From Vicugna vicugna (Eukaryota), in assembly GCA_013265495.1 (NCBI GenBank), contig MU058584.1:7344407-7408406 (forward strand): 64,000 nucleotides of DNA, written 5' to 3'. This document shows positions 38,319 to 52,093 of the stretch, one piece after another. The notes beneath the pieces were generated by a model. It did not search any database and was not told the origin of the DNA. It was given only the letters and a program-made list of their open reading frames with translations. Within the stretch, counting starts at the first letter, position 1, and every line of letters starts with the position of its first letter. Made by a program: the position numbers and the translations under genes.

Positions 38319-40529
38319 AATTATGTCATATTTTGTTTGCTAAATGAATATTTATGATTCTGAAATATTGTTCACAACTGAGCCATGTGTTAAAATATGA
38401 TTAAATTTCCTTTCTTGCATGATCCTGCTGTCTTTGAGGTTGGTAGCTGCCTCTCTGTTTGTTTGCATAGTAGTCTATATGTCTATCACCAGTGCCTTCC
38501 CAACCTCCCTTAGAAAAGTCTGAACCTCTTAATACCTTTAAAAACATTAAGCTTTAGATATTCTATCACTTTCTTTTTTTTTTTTTTCTTGGTGGGTGAA
38601 GACATCTCTTCAATAATATGTGTCCTCTTAGTCTAATAGGTATTGATGCTCTCCTGGCCTTATACTGGGATCTGTACCATCCTGAAAATTCCCCTCTTCT
38701 TCTGCTTATATTGGATTTCCTGCTTCCTGGATTTCCTGTCTACTTTGTTAGTTTGTTCCCATGTTTGGTAGACACATCCTTTAGCAGTTTCAAAAAAAAA
38801 AAAAAGGAGAAAGGGAATTAAAGTATTTTGAAATTTTGCAAGTCTGAAAATATTTTTTTCTACTGTCACATGTATTGATAGTTTGGACTTCTAGGCTAGA
38901 AATTTTTCTTCTCTCAGATTTTTGAAAATATTTCTTCATTGATTTTTAGTTTTCCAGTTTACTACTGGAAAGACTGATGCTGTAATGATTCCCAAAGCTT
39001 TTTTAAATGATTCTTTTAAACTTCTCTGGGAGCTTTTTAGGATGTTTTATTTGTTCCCAATGTTATGAAATTTTACGCTGCCATATTGTATGTGTGCATG
39101 TGTGTGTGTGTGTTTCATATTATATTGGGCACTGGATGGATTCATTCAACCCCTAAGTTCATTTTTCACTTTTCCTCATCTGTGTAATTGAGAAATAATA
39201 TACCTGTTTCCTTTTATGACATTCTATTTTTGTTCCATAAATGCAATGACCTCTATTTTTTCTCTGAAGATATTAATAAAAAATAATAATAGTTTTTTTT
39301 CCTGTGTTTTGCATTATCTTTGTTTTCTGCAAGTTCTGTTTTATAATGTTTATTTGTTTTGGTCTCATTAGAGAATCTTCTTGGCTGTCCATTCATATCT
39401 GAAGGTGAAATATTATTAGGTGATTGGAAGCTCTGTGCAGGTGTGCTTGATTTATTGAGTGATAGACTTCACTGTAGGATGAGTTACTGGGCTGTTTTAA
39501 TTGGTGTTCTTCTCAATATCAATATATATGTTTTTCTCCTGGAATAGTTAATTTCTCCAAACCATTGTTCCAATCACTTGGCGGGTTAAAATCTGCTGGC
39601 CATCTCTTGAAGTCAAATTAGGGAACTGAACTGGGCGGGGGCAGGGGTCCTGTATTCACTATGTAGAATTTTATTTAATTGCCCTCTTTTAATGCCTGAT
39701 TCCCTCAAACTGAGCCAGCTATCCATGAGTTCCGAGCATGTTCTAGTACAATCTTTCTGGAGAGTAAACCTGCATTGTTCTGCTAGGATGGACCAGGGCA
39801 GCCCCTAACTTTGTTATCCATGGAAATCTGACTGCTTCCATCCAGTGCTTCTATTTTCAGCTTCAACTGCTACCACCTCTGTTCATTGTTTTCAGAGCTG
39901 TTTGTCCCCTGAGTCTTGAATCTTACTGAAATGCTGTGATGTGCATTACTCAGCTTCTGGGCTTCTCCTCTTGTTGGCTTTCTTAGATGCAGTTTTCCTC
40001 TTTCTCTGGTCTGTTAAGTTAGTTAGCAGTCATTCTGCTGGGTTTCTAGTTTCAAACATTTTCTGCATTCCTATCCCATTTTTTCGACCTTCTTTGTTTA
40101 AGCCTTTTAAATTTTAAAAACTTTTTTACTGTGAGAAGCAGTATATTGGTTAAAAACGTTGGACTCTGGGACCAGCCTGCCCAGATCTACCTCTTGTATG
40201 ACCTTGGAAAAGTTACTTAATCTCTCTCTGCCTTATTTTCCTAATCTTAAAAAAATAGTAGTTGGAGTACTATTTAGGATTAAATCATTTAAGACATGTA
40301 AAGCACTCAAAACCATAGCTGGCTTAATAGTCATTATTTTAGAGTGGTTTCTGGTAATAGATAAAGGCTTGTGTTCAATTAACCATGTTTAATTGAAAAT
40401 CCAAAGAAATTCACTTAAAAAGATGAATCACTTGGCAAATATTGTTCATTTTTATCTAACGATGGAAGCAAAGTATAAATATAGTATCTGATATGCTACA
40501 TAAAATGCTTAGGTTTTTACATTATTTTA

Positions 40530-40670
40530 TTACTGAAAAGAACCTTGGAGATCATGATTTCCAACTCTTTATTTTACAGATGAGAAAAACTGAGACCCAG
40601 AGAGTTAAGTGACTTGCCTTGAGACTAGAATCCAAGCCTCAGAATTCCTGGTTCATTCTTCTTTCCATTA
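40530..40670 (-). mobile_element. MIR SINE
   Basis: attttacagatgagaaaaactgagacccagagagttaagtgacttgcc. Confidence 0.8.
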
Positions 40671-41302
40671 AATCATATTTCCTTTTCTAAGGAACAGTGA
40701 ATGCTGTGAGACTTGCAGATTTATTTTTGGTGATGATGCTATTCTGTACCTAATTTTCTTTTTTCTATTTTTTTTTTAACCCCAAGTGCTCAGAACTGGA
40801 GTAATAATAAGCTTTGGTTTATAACACACCCTCATCATTGGTCCATGTGTAGTCTATTTGTTTGTTTTAATAATGTAATACATAAAAATTAAAACATCCA
40901 TGTTGTGTGCAATCCCTGAGAAGGAGATTTAAATGTATAATTTCCATGTATTTATTTTGGTGAAATAAACAACAAGATCCTACTGTATAGCACAGGGAAC
41001 TATATTCAGTATCCTGAAATAAACCGTAATGGAAAGAAAGGAAAAAGAAATTAAGTGAAAATCAAGAGCTTTGCCAAAAATATGTTCTCATACTTAACTA
41101 TTAAAAAAAAGCATTTTGGTGTTACAGCTATTTGTTGTTTCTTTTCTGAGTCAAAGGTCACCTTATAGATGGGTGGTTTTGCAACTCTGTACCTTATCCC
41201 ATTGAAATTCACCAGACTGGGGTAGTAGTGGATTAGAAAGGAAAACAAAGCAAGACGGAGAGGAACAGGAAAAGGACCAGGAATATGAGTGCTTTGCAAT
41301 GA

Positions 41303-41509
<207 letters not shown>

Positions 41510-42071
41510 TGATGCGGAGAGAAACAGCTGGGAGACTAATGGGAGGCTGGGTTTTAGTGCCTCCACAGTGGTGAGGAGTGGATTTATAATTAGTTATACA
41601 TTTTATGGATTGTTGTTACCAAATGGTGTATTAAAAATGATCCAAAGGGAGAACTATTCCTTAAAATAATAGGAATGGGAAAACAGAAAAAGAAAGGGAT
41701 TTGAAGGGAAGGTCTAAATATTCATCATACAGGGCATAAATGAATATTGCTTTGTCTTAAGTCTGACTTATTTACTTGCCTGCTATATGACAAGAATACT
41801 AAGAGATACACTCTATTTAACTGCACAGCTGTTTTAAGGGGAAAAGACATTATTTTGTTAAAATGCAAAAAAAAAAAAAAATCAGCATTAGCCAGATCAG
41901 CAGCCCTTTGTTAAATACTAATATCTAAAATTGAGTTTTGTAATGAGATTCATTCTTGAGACTGTAAAATAATTTTGCTTTTCTTACTTAGCTTCTTTGA
42001 GAGCTTTAAAATGTCCCCAGAACAAGAAACCCAAAGTGTCCCAAGCTCCATAGGTGTGTGTTTTACTTTAG

Positions 42072-42232
42072 GTTACGTGGGAGTGGTAAACAGAAGCCAG
42101 AAGGACATAGAGGGGAAGAAAGATATAAAGGCTGCCATGTTGGCAGAAAGGAAGTTTTTCCTCTCACACCCGGCGTACAGACACATTGCTGATCGGATGG
42201 GGACCCCACACCTGCAGAAGGTCCTTAATCAG
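42072..42232 (+). CDS. DNM3: Dynamin 3 coding exon 6
   Basis: actttag|GTTACG...AATCAG|gtaaaa; 161 bp. (G)[53 protein letters not shown]. Confidence 0.97.
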
Positions 42233-43639
42233 GTAAAAATATTTTTTTCAAGCAACAAGAACAATTATAAGATATGTAAATGATTATTTGAATTCATAGT
42301 TCTTATTTTTATACTCATTTTTTCTAAAATAAGACATTAGCTTAAATGATAGAAATTAAAAGGATGAACATGACTACTTAGATCCACACTATTACTATTC
42401 TAAGTAACCAGAATCCACCTTATTATTATTGAAAAAACAGTGTGCAAGGCAGAAATACACATTTATTTAGGAACAATGAACAGGGGTATACTTTTTAGGA
42501 CACATTTACTCAACATGTAGTTATCATAAGAAATTAAACTTGTGTATCTGAGAAGCTGGTCTCTGGGGATCTGTTTTTGAAATATCAATTTGTAATGGTT
42601 AGATTAGATTTTTTGTTAAACTTTCTGTATGGTTTTGTGTAGGATTGATTTGTCCTTAATTTGCAACCTTAAAAATAAGTCCTCAGAAGCAATCATTGAT
42701 CTTAACTCATCTAATAAAGAAGCTTTACCAGATACGATCTCTTTCCCAATAGCAGACAGACCTGGGCTCTCTGCCTCCCCTCATTCCATGCACGTACACA
42801 TTTCTTCCAGAAAACTTCAGTACTATTCTTACATGGTCCTATATTTTTCTGCTCCTAATGGAGTTAAATGTCATTGTCATTGCATGAGGGCCCCCAGCCT
42901 GAGTCAAACGGTGAGCAGCTTTTCTCACAAAAAGTACACTTTAGCTTGGATCTACAAACTTAGTCAAGCAGTTATGGAATATTCTGGTTGTTTGCTCCTA
43001 GTAAAGGCTAACACAGTAGTAGACTGCTTGTCACATTATACCCGAACCAGTGAGGCAAAATAATCAAAGTTTTAAAAAATGAATATCTATTTCAAGTGAC
43101 ATAACACAGAGTAATGAAAAATTTGTACTTTTAAATTGAGGGTAAATGAGTATTTGGAAGCCAAGAAGCAATGATATGGTTGTGTCATTTAAAAAGTCTG
43201 AACATATTTTAGAGAAGAAACACTAGTTTGTCATGCAAGAATCATGATATTCTATCACTATATTTATCACTGGTAAAACTCTTTTTAAGTTTAGTGCTTT
43301 CATGACTGTATAGGCCTAAGAAAAATACAAATAAAGTGAAAAAAAAGCCTTAGGGAAGAATCACTAAAATGATTAGGAAGATAAAATTAGAAATAAATTA
43401 GGTTGTGAATACTGGGAAAGTAGAAAGGATATGATTGGCCATTTGGTTACTACAGGTGACCCCTAAATTATGAAATAACTGGATTCTGGCTGACTGAAAA
43501 TTGAATAAATGTTTTACTGACTGTCTTTCATTTCCTGGATAATCACTTTCTCTTTGTTGCTTTAAGGGTCTTCACAGTGTGTTTGAAATTAGAATAATTT
43601 TATTGCTGATTTAATGTGCACCAACACCTCTGACCCTGA

Positions 43640-44560
43640 GGCACTGTTACTATGGCAAAAGCTGGAAAAACTTGACATTTTTGAGGAATTGAAAGCAATG
43701 TCCTTATGGCTGGAGGGCAGAGAATGAGGGAATGAGCCGTAAGAGAAAAGTTTGGAGATACAGGCTGTGGCTGGATCCTGTAGTGTTTGTAGGCCAAATT
43801 AAGGATTTTGGCTCTTATCCTAAGAGCAGTGAGGGGGCCAGTCATTTAAAGAGTCTCAGTAGGGAAATAACACAGTCATATCTGTGGATTAAAAAAGATG
43901 ATGGTGGTTGCAGATAGGAATATCAAGAGTAGATGTGAGAAAACCACTCAGGAATCAAAATGAGAACTGATGGTTGCTTGGTCTAGATTAGCACCGGTGG
44001 AGATGAAGAAAAGCAAATTTCAGAAACCTTTAGGAACATTAAGAACTTGGTGGTAGATTAGCTTCAGTCGATGATGGGGAGATGAAGTCAAGAATAACTC
44101 CCAGTTTCCCGGATTGTTATGAAGTCAGAAAGAAGGAGAACCCAGAAGGGAATATGAGGTACTTAATTTCAGACATGCAGAGGGTGAGGTGTTATTGACG
44201 CTTCTAAGAGGAGAAGTCAGGCAGGTGGTCTAGTACATACACCCGCAGCAAAGGTAACAGGTCAGCAGATAGCCACAGGTGTTCAAATATTCATTGAAAC
44301 CGAGGATGGAATAAGACTATCTTATAAAAGAACATATAGTGAGCAGAGGAGAGACGTGGGACTCAGATTAGAGGAATATCAGTATTTACAGGCCTGGTGG
44401 AGGAGGACAGCTTGGCAAAGGAGATGGAGAAGGCTACATTCAGAAAGGTTAGGAGAAAAGTGAGAGCAGCTGGCGGTCATGAAAACCAAGGAAAGAAGTG
44501 TTTTATAAGGCCAAGAGTGGTCCACAGTTCTGCTTTGCTATTGAGATATTTGAGACACAA
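43640..44560 (-). mobile_element. LINE-2 fragment
   Basis: Purine-rich L2-type text (aaggattttggctcttatcctaagagcagtgaggggg; atttcagacatgcagagggtgaggtg). Confidence 0.6.
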
Positions 44561-45804
44561 CTGATGGAAACGAAGTATTTTGGTTATTGATCACTCACAA
44601 GGCAGTCAGGTGGCTACTGGTTTCTCGTAGTTTCTGTTACTCATGTTTGGGGGTTTGTGTCTTGTGACATTTTTTCTTAGAAGGCAGTCTTCTCCATTCT
44701 TTTGTTTTCTGCTTCAGAGCCGTAATAACAACACATGCCAGGCAAATAACATAGTAAGTCATAACTGTGGGTGAGGATGTAATATAGGTATGAACTATTG
44801 ACAATGAAATAACTCTAGATTTATTGAATAAATATATTCAGATAACCTCAGATAAACATAAAAACAAAAAGAGTTTCTTCAGTCAGTCTGGGTGTGTTTA
44901 TTCCTCTTATTTTTAATTTATTCTTTTTCCTGCCTTTCTATGAAATTTATATTCTCTTTCTCTTGATTCCATGTTTATTCCTTAAGCAAGTCAAGAAGGT
45001 TATCTTTTTTTTCCTTTTAATCCAGACTTTTTCTTAATTGCATTGTAATAGAAAGGGCATCAGGTAGACAGCTAACCATTCTGGGTTTATATCCCACCTT
45101 TGTTCATAATTAATCGTGTGCTCTTAGATAATATCTTAGAGAATTTTTTATCAGACCGAGCTTGATGTGTCCAGCGGATGATCTCGGTGGAAATGCCAAG
45201 CAGATGGTTAGGTAGAGATACCAACAGCAGAGAGAGCTTTTCCTTGCTAGGCATGGGGCTTTTTATGTGGCACCTGTTGAAAGCGTAAGCCAGTGACTAA
45301 CCACAGTTGGCCTGGGGGCCTACGGGTGGAGGCAGGAGGAGACTCTTGCCTGAGCTACAGAATGGAGGGGACATTGACAGCTGACAAGTGCCTCTCTGAG
45401 TGCCACCATTTGGTCCTGAGAACTCAGGCAGCACCTGTAATTCTCCACTTGCTTCATTTGTGCCATGTGCTAATTCCTTTGACAAGGCAGCTGATGGGAT
45501 AAATCAATCCAGCTAAGGTGTTATTGGCAGCTTCATTACTAAGATTAGGTGCCTTTTAACAGGATATCCCAGACATAAAGAAATAGCCCAAGCGAATGAT
45601 TCTAACGGAAGGAATTTTGAGCTTCACCATAGGGCAGTAGAGGAGAGGGTTGGGGCTTCTTTTGACTATCTGCCTACATAGTCAGTCTCAAATGTGTGTA
45701 TGACTTCTAAGGTTTTGAATGATTAGGAAAACTGTGAAGGCCAATTTTTGTCTCCTGGGGTTATCTCCAGCCTGTTACATGCATGTATTTTTTTTTTTTT
45801 ATAG

Positions 45805-45947
45805 CAACTTACCAACCACATTCGAGATACCCTGCCCAACTTCAGGAACAAACTTCAGGGACAGTTGCTGTCCATAGAACACGAAGTAGAAGCCTACAAA
45901 AACTTCAAGCCAGAAGACCCCACCAGGAAGACCAAAGCATTGCTGCA
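45805..45947 (+). CDS. DNM3: Dynamin 3 coding exon 7
   Basis: poly-T atag|CAACTT...CTGCA|gtgagt; 143 bp. [47 protein letters not shown](Q). The ORF track shows a different frame here. Confidence 0.97.
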
Positions 45948-47757
45948 GTGAGTCACCTTTCCCAGCCCTTGCTCAGCATTTTTGACTAATTTGCTTTTTC
46001 CTTAGTCTGTTTGTCATGGTGTTTTTTTAGGTTTCATAGAAGCAGCAAGTGAAGTGTATGAGGCTTTGTATATGTTATACAGTGAGCCTTGAGTCGTTGT
46101 TTTCTTAGAATAATTGTTGATCTTAACTCCGTTTTTACAGACTTAACCAATTGCCCATCCCGATGCCCAATTTCATTGTGTTTTTATGATTAGATCCAGA
46201 AAATGAGCAAAACCAATAGTGATAACTCAGCAGGGCTTTTTGCCCTTTGTCTTTAGATGTGGGCTGAGCTCCTGTTGGAAATGTCATCTGTGTTGTACAG
46301 CTGTTTCTACTGGTGTCCCTTGTACTTATTATCTTTTTGTTTCATTCATTTCATGTCTTCCGCCTGTGAGAAGATTTCAGTGCAGTGAGAACCAAGGATT
46401 TAATTTTAAAAGTACTGGCAATCAGAGCACATCTAAATTTCCTTTTCCTTTTTGGTAATGATTTTAACGTAGCCGTTTGAGAACACGAATATGAAAACTG
46501 CCAAGTATCTTTTCACTCCTTCATGATCTTCTCTTCTATCCTTGGGTGACTAGATTTATCCCTGAGGGGTCTTGGGTTGGGATAGCAGAGTTGTTGGAGA
46601 ATTGCCAGCCCCCTGTGTCTTTTACCTTCATTTCTTCCTCAGCCCCTCAGCTTCATCTCTCCTTTTATCCCTGTGCTGCAACTTGCCTCAGGTCCCTCCA
46701 CACCAGAAGACCCCTGCTGACCAGCTTACATTCCAGGACATCTGAAGTCCATCCCTAAATATGCTGCTTGCTGCTTCTTCTGGCCCCTTTGTCCCTCTGC
46801 AGTCTTGTAATCAAAATCCCCTTAATCTGGCGTTTGAAATGCACAACATAATTCTTTTTCTTTATGGGGAGATTTCTAAATGTTCACATTATTTAAATAA
46901 CATATTAAGTGCATCATCTTATATTCCTCCATTTTTAAAAAGTGTAAGATCATATGGAGGAAAGAAAAAAAATTGGATTCAACTGTTTCCTAATTTATCT
47001 TTTCTCTTTTTTCTTGGCTTTGGTGAGGCTCCGATAAAAACTCTCCAAGTTACAGAGAAAGGAAGCTATTTCTGTTTAGGCCCTCAATCATCGTCTCACC
47101 CTCCAACTGAAACTATTCTCTTTGCAAAGACTGGGTCTTGCCTCTGTGACTTATTGGACTCAGATTTCACAAGTTTCCACAGCTAGATTCTTCCCTTGTA
47201 CGGGGCCGATGCAGTTCCTTCTTTCCTTTCTTCCTTTTTTCCTTCCTTCCTCCTTGCCTTGCTCTCATCTCTGTGTATTCTACTGATGTCTGGCTCTGTG
47301 CTGTCTACTGAGGATTCAACAGTGAATAAGATTTTTACCCTGAAGAAGAGGCTACAGTAGAGCAGGGGAAACAGACATATTAGCAACTAACTGTGTTAAA
47401 ATCTGATAAATGCTACATTTCTGGTAAGTATAAAATGTTAAGGAAGCCCAGGTGAAAAGCAGTTACATGCGAGGAAAGGTGTGAGTTCACAGAGGAAAAA
47501 GATACTTGAATGAGAGCCTGAAGTATGGGAGGAGTGTGTCAGGTGGAAGGAGGAAGTCAAGTGAATTGTGTGAACTTTCATGTGGGTCAGGAGGCTGGGG
47601 TGTAGGATATGGGGGAAGGGCTGGCTGGAGGTCAGTTTCCCAATGTTTCATACCTTTCTAGGTGTTGAAAAACTAGGTTAACATTAGCATATGAATGAAC
47701 ATAGCTACATCTGATTATATTCTAGATTTCCTAGCTTTGATAATTGCGGTTACTTTT

Positions 47758-47878
47758 TTTTAACATTTTTTATTGATTTATAATCATTTTACAATGTTGC
47801 GTCAAAGTCCAGTGTCACAATTTTTCAGTTATACATGAACATATATATATTCATTGTCACATTTTTTTCTCTGTGAGC
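47758..47878 (-). mobile_element. Very short LINE-1 3' tip
   Basis: Poly-T followed by tattgatttataatcattttacaatgttg; TSD g(c/t)ggttactttt at 47746-47757 and 47879-47890. Confidence 0.8.
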
Positions 47879-48966
47879 GTGGTTACTTTTAATTCATCCA
47901 TGATTTTGATGAAAGAGAATAAAAGATAAAAATTTTCGATAGTTTGAATTTTTTCCTGCTAGATTTTGAATTTGAAAGTAGTTCCTGTGTGTCAAAATTA
48001 GAGTTTCTAAACCTAGTAATCACAAATACAGGTAGTCATTTTCTCCCTGTAATGTATTTCTTTGTTTTTTTACCAACTGCCTCGAGGTAATTCATTCCTT
48101 CATTGATCTTACCTCTCATATGCTGAACAGGGGGAAATAAATAAAATCATGGTGTTTGCCCTTAGGAGAGAGATTAACAGATGAATAGTGGCAATGTATT
48201 CTTCTAAGTGCAATGCTGAAAATAAGTTGAGGAAGTCAAGGAGGGGCCCTTCGTGTGGGTGGCAGTGAGTGGTGATTGGGGCGCAGGGCCATGGATCATG
48301 GAATGTTTCCTGGAAAAACTAATGCTTGAACTGAGTCTTGCAAGACAGATAAAAATTAGCCAGACAGAGAAGCACAAGGCAGAGCAGAAAGGAAAACAGG
48401 TGTAAAAGCACAGAGCCTTGGACATATGGGAAACTGCAAATGGCTTCTTTGTGATTGGCTTAGAAGGTGAGTGTGGATGAGTAGTAAGAGATGGGGCATC
48501 CCGGGTCCGGGCGCAAAGAGTTGTAGGTGATGGGGAAGGAGTTTTAATTTTACTATCAAATTCTTGGGAGTCATTGAAAAACAAGGCTAGAGCTAGTTGT
48601 AGAGGGGCAGGGGGCGAGCGTCACAAATTTGCATGGTTCTGACATAGTGAGTTGGTCTGTGATGTTAGGGCTAGGAAGAGAGTAGCTTCTGAAGTATGAG
48701 GGGCCTCGGCTGGAGCAGTTGGAGCACTAGGAGATTGTGATGTCACAGGAGTCATGGCTCCATGACTATTATATAGTTTTATGCTTAATTTTAATTCTTA
48801 ATTTTAAAAAATACCATTTTATGGTTGCAACTAAATGGACAGAATGCATTTAATAATTAATGCATTTAAAAGATATTTTTAAAATTAAAAATGTCTACAA
48901 TAAATCTTAATAACGTGTGTTTCATATGGTTACAGTTTAAGGGTGGAATAGAGTGCAGTGTTAATT

Positions 48967-48985
48967 CTGCCAGTAGGTGCCACTA
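48967..48985 (+). promoter_or_regulatory. CTCF-like motif with upstream TGCAG element
   Basis: gtgcagtgttaatt CTGCCAGTAGGTGCCACTA, about 105 bp before exon 8. Confidence 0.45.
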
Positions 48986-49089
48986 AGAACACCAGGAAAA
49001 GAATTCTAGGGGATGACCGTAGCAGATTAAAATGAAAATGCAACGCCTTGTAACTTTAACTTGAATTTATTTCTCTTTCACAATTATAG

Positions 49090-49225
49090 GATGGTTCAGC
49101 AATTTGCTGTGGATTTTGAGAAGAGAATCGAAGGGTCAGGGGATCAAGTAGATACCCTGGAGCTCTCAGGGGGTGCTAAAATTAACCGTATTTTCCATGA
49201 ACGCTTTCCTTTTGAGATAGTAAAG
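49090..49225 (+). CDS. DNM3: Dynamin 3 coding exon 8 (middle domain)
   Basis: attatag|GATGGT...GTAAAG|gtttgt; 136 bp. [45 protein letters not shown]. Confidence 0.97.
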
Positions 49226-50067
49226 GTTTGTACCAAATGTTAACTTTTTTCTCTTTTGTTTCATTTCATTTCCATATTCTGTTCTACATACTTGTTCATA
49301 AAATGTTACGTGAGTGATATAGGACTAAGATTATTCTTTAAACAAAAGCCTCCATGCTCAGGTAATGAAATATAGGGGAGAAACATTTTCTTACTCATGG
49401 TTCTGATTTTTTAATTGTTTAATGAGATCTAATGACATTTCGATAATTCATCAACTACTAATTGGTTCCTGTGGTATTTATTTGTATATTTAATTTAAAA
49501 ATATTTCTTGTGTACCTACTCTGTACCAGTGATCTCAGTACCAGGGATCAAGACACAGACACTGTCTGGTGGGAAAAGACAGAACACTAACAAACAGAGT
49601 AAGAAAATATCAAGTGTTCTTACATAATATGATATGAGAGGGGAGTTGGGTAAGCCACTTTGGATGGAAGGTTCAGGCAAGGTCTCTCTGAGTATGGGAT
49701 CCTTTAAAGCGTGACCAGAGTGGCGTGAAGAGGTCAGCTGTAAGGATCTGGAGGAAGCAGGGTGTTCAAGGCAAACAGCCAAGGACAGGGCCCTAAAGCA
49801 CGCACCTGGACCACAGGAGAGGCACAGCGAGGCTGGTGCAGAACTGATGAAGGGGAGGGGATATAAAACAAATTTGGTGGAAGGAATTGCCCAGCTTATG
49901 TAGGGCTTTCTAGGTTGCCGTGAGTTGTTTACATTTAACAATGGGAAGTCATTGGAGAGTTTTAAGAAAAGGTGTGACCTGATTTGGTTGGTGCTTTTAA
50001 AAGAAAACTATGTGGGCTGGACTGAGGGAGCCAAGTAAGGTGCGTTTGAACAGCAGGGCCAGAGCAG

Positions 50068-50243
50068 TGTGGGGGACTCATTCTCTGTGGGGCCTGAATC
50101 TTAGACAATTTTGAAGGCCCCCTTAAAGAAGAAGAATACAAAATGATAAACACACAGTTAGGCACAGGGTCTTGTAAGGAGCTTATGCAAGGAAGAAACC
50201 CTGGACTTAAACTTCTTTAGCTTCATGGTAAAAAATGCCTCAG
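50068..50243 (+). mobile_element. MER53 hAT element nested in an L2
   Basis: gtggggcctgaatcttagacaattttgaaggcccccttaaagaagaagaatacaaaat...agcttcatggtaaa. Confidence 0.75.
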
Positions 50244-51491
50244 AACAGAGGCTTGAGAAAAGTGGCTAGATTTGTGATTTTGGAGGTAGAATCAACAGGG
50301 GTTGTACTGATATGGGAGATGCAAGGAAGAGAAGATTCAAGATGACTCCCCAGATTTTGGCTTGTACAGCTGAGCAAATGTTGGTGCCCATCAGACAAGG
50401 GGAGCTGAGGAAAAGCACAGTGTGGAGGTACGAATCAGAAGTTTTATTTCAGTCTGTTAAGTTTGAAATATCAGTAGGCAACTAGGTAGTTTTAGGGATG
50501 GGGCTATTTGCCTCACACACAGAGGCGGGTGTGTATGTCTTGTTGTGGGAGGCAGATGGGTAAATACATAGTTTCATTAAAATGTGTGAAGGAAAGTGAT
50601 AAACTTCAGTACAGGATGCTATGGAAACGCAGCCCACAGCTGTGAGTCCCAGCCTGAGTGTGTGAGAGAGCCCGGCTTCCGAGCTGAGTTTAGAAGGATG
50701 AGCAGCTTGTTAAACAGGAAAAGGTAGGGTCGGATTGGGGAGAGATTGTTCCAGACGTAAAGGAAGGCATGGTAAAGGCTAAGCTGTGGTGCCACAGGAT
50801 GTGGGTAGGGAACCAAAGCAATTTGTTCTTCTATGGCATGAAGTGTAAGAGGGGAAAATGGACAGACAATGAGGCTGGAGAGCTCAGAAGTCAGGGACTG
50901 AACCAAATGTTCTCTTGCTATGCCTTCTGGGTCTAAGCTCTTTGACACTTTGATCTTACTTCCAAATAAATTTAAGGTACCCAGAACATCTGGGAAATTT
51001 TTGTACAGCAACAACCTATCCTGTGTTGGACTGGCAAAATATTATTAATTTCCTCTTATACAGAGGCTTTGAACTCAGGTCGTTAAAATGGCTGGGGAGA
51101 AAAGACAGCCATTGTTAATCTTAGCATAGCTGGACCCCTGTTGTACATCAGGTGACACCCTTATTTATGCATTCATCTGTGGATTCATTTACTACATTCA
51201 GCAAAAGAATGAAGAATTATATATTTCAAATGAATGGCCAGATTTATGTCCAGAAGGCATCCTTTTTGCATAGCGCTCCTTATCTATAATAGAGTTAAAA
51301 TCCTCTGCACTAAAACTCCCAGAAATCCCTAATGTTCTGTGTTGCCTTGAACTTTTATATACACAGATGTTTTGACCATCTGGGTTTAGGTTAGGAAAGA
51401 CAGGAGTATTCATTTATTAATAACGAAGTCAAATTATTCTCATTCTTTAATATTCAATGATATTCTTAGCCAAAGGAATTAACTGTCATGA

Positions 51492-51623
<132 letters not shown>

Positions 51624-52070
51624 TAAAAAAATAATGTTTATAAATGACTAGTGAAGTAGCCTTTTCATCAACTGGGCAGAGTGGAATATAGAGGTGGGAG
51701 TAAGAAATGGGAAATCCTTGTTTGGGTTCAATGGTAAATCTCTTGTATTGTCATACTCAGTCTTTTTCAATTAAAAAAAAAGAAACAACAAAAACCCCTT
51801 TCTACACTCACAGCACTGTGCTCTGAACAATCGGGGATTTACTGATGACCACAACCTTGCTCTCCAGGAATGTACATTTCAGAGACGGAGGCCAGACGTG
51901 CTCATAAGTAATCGTTACTTACAGAGAGACAGGGCAGATTAATTCTGCCTGGGGTTGTGGAGCAAGATTGGGAAAGATTAATGAAAGTGGTTACTTTAGA
52001 GTTGAATCTTGCCTGTACTGAGAAGAATGATTTCAACAAGCAAAGGTGTCTGCATGTGTACACGTGCTTT

Positions 52071-52093
52071 TGTGTGTGTGTGTGTGTGTGTGT
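52071..52093. repeat. (TG)n microsatellite
   Basis: Directly visible. Confidence 0.9.

Noticed and set aside
45783..45989. ORF-track peptide [16 protein letters not shown]...
   Set aside because: It is an alternative frame over DNM3 exon 7; the real frame starts at 45805.
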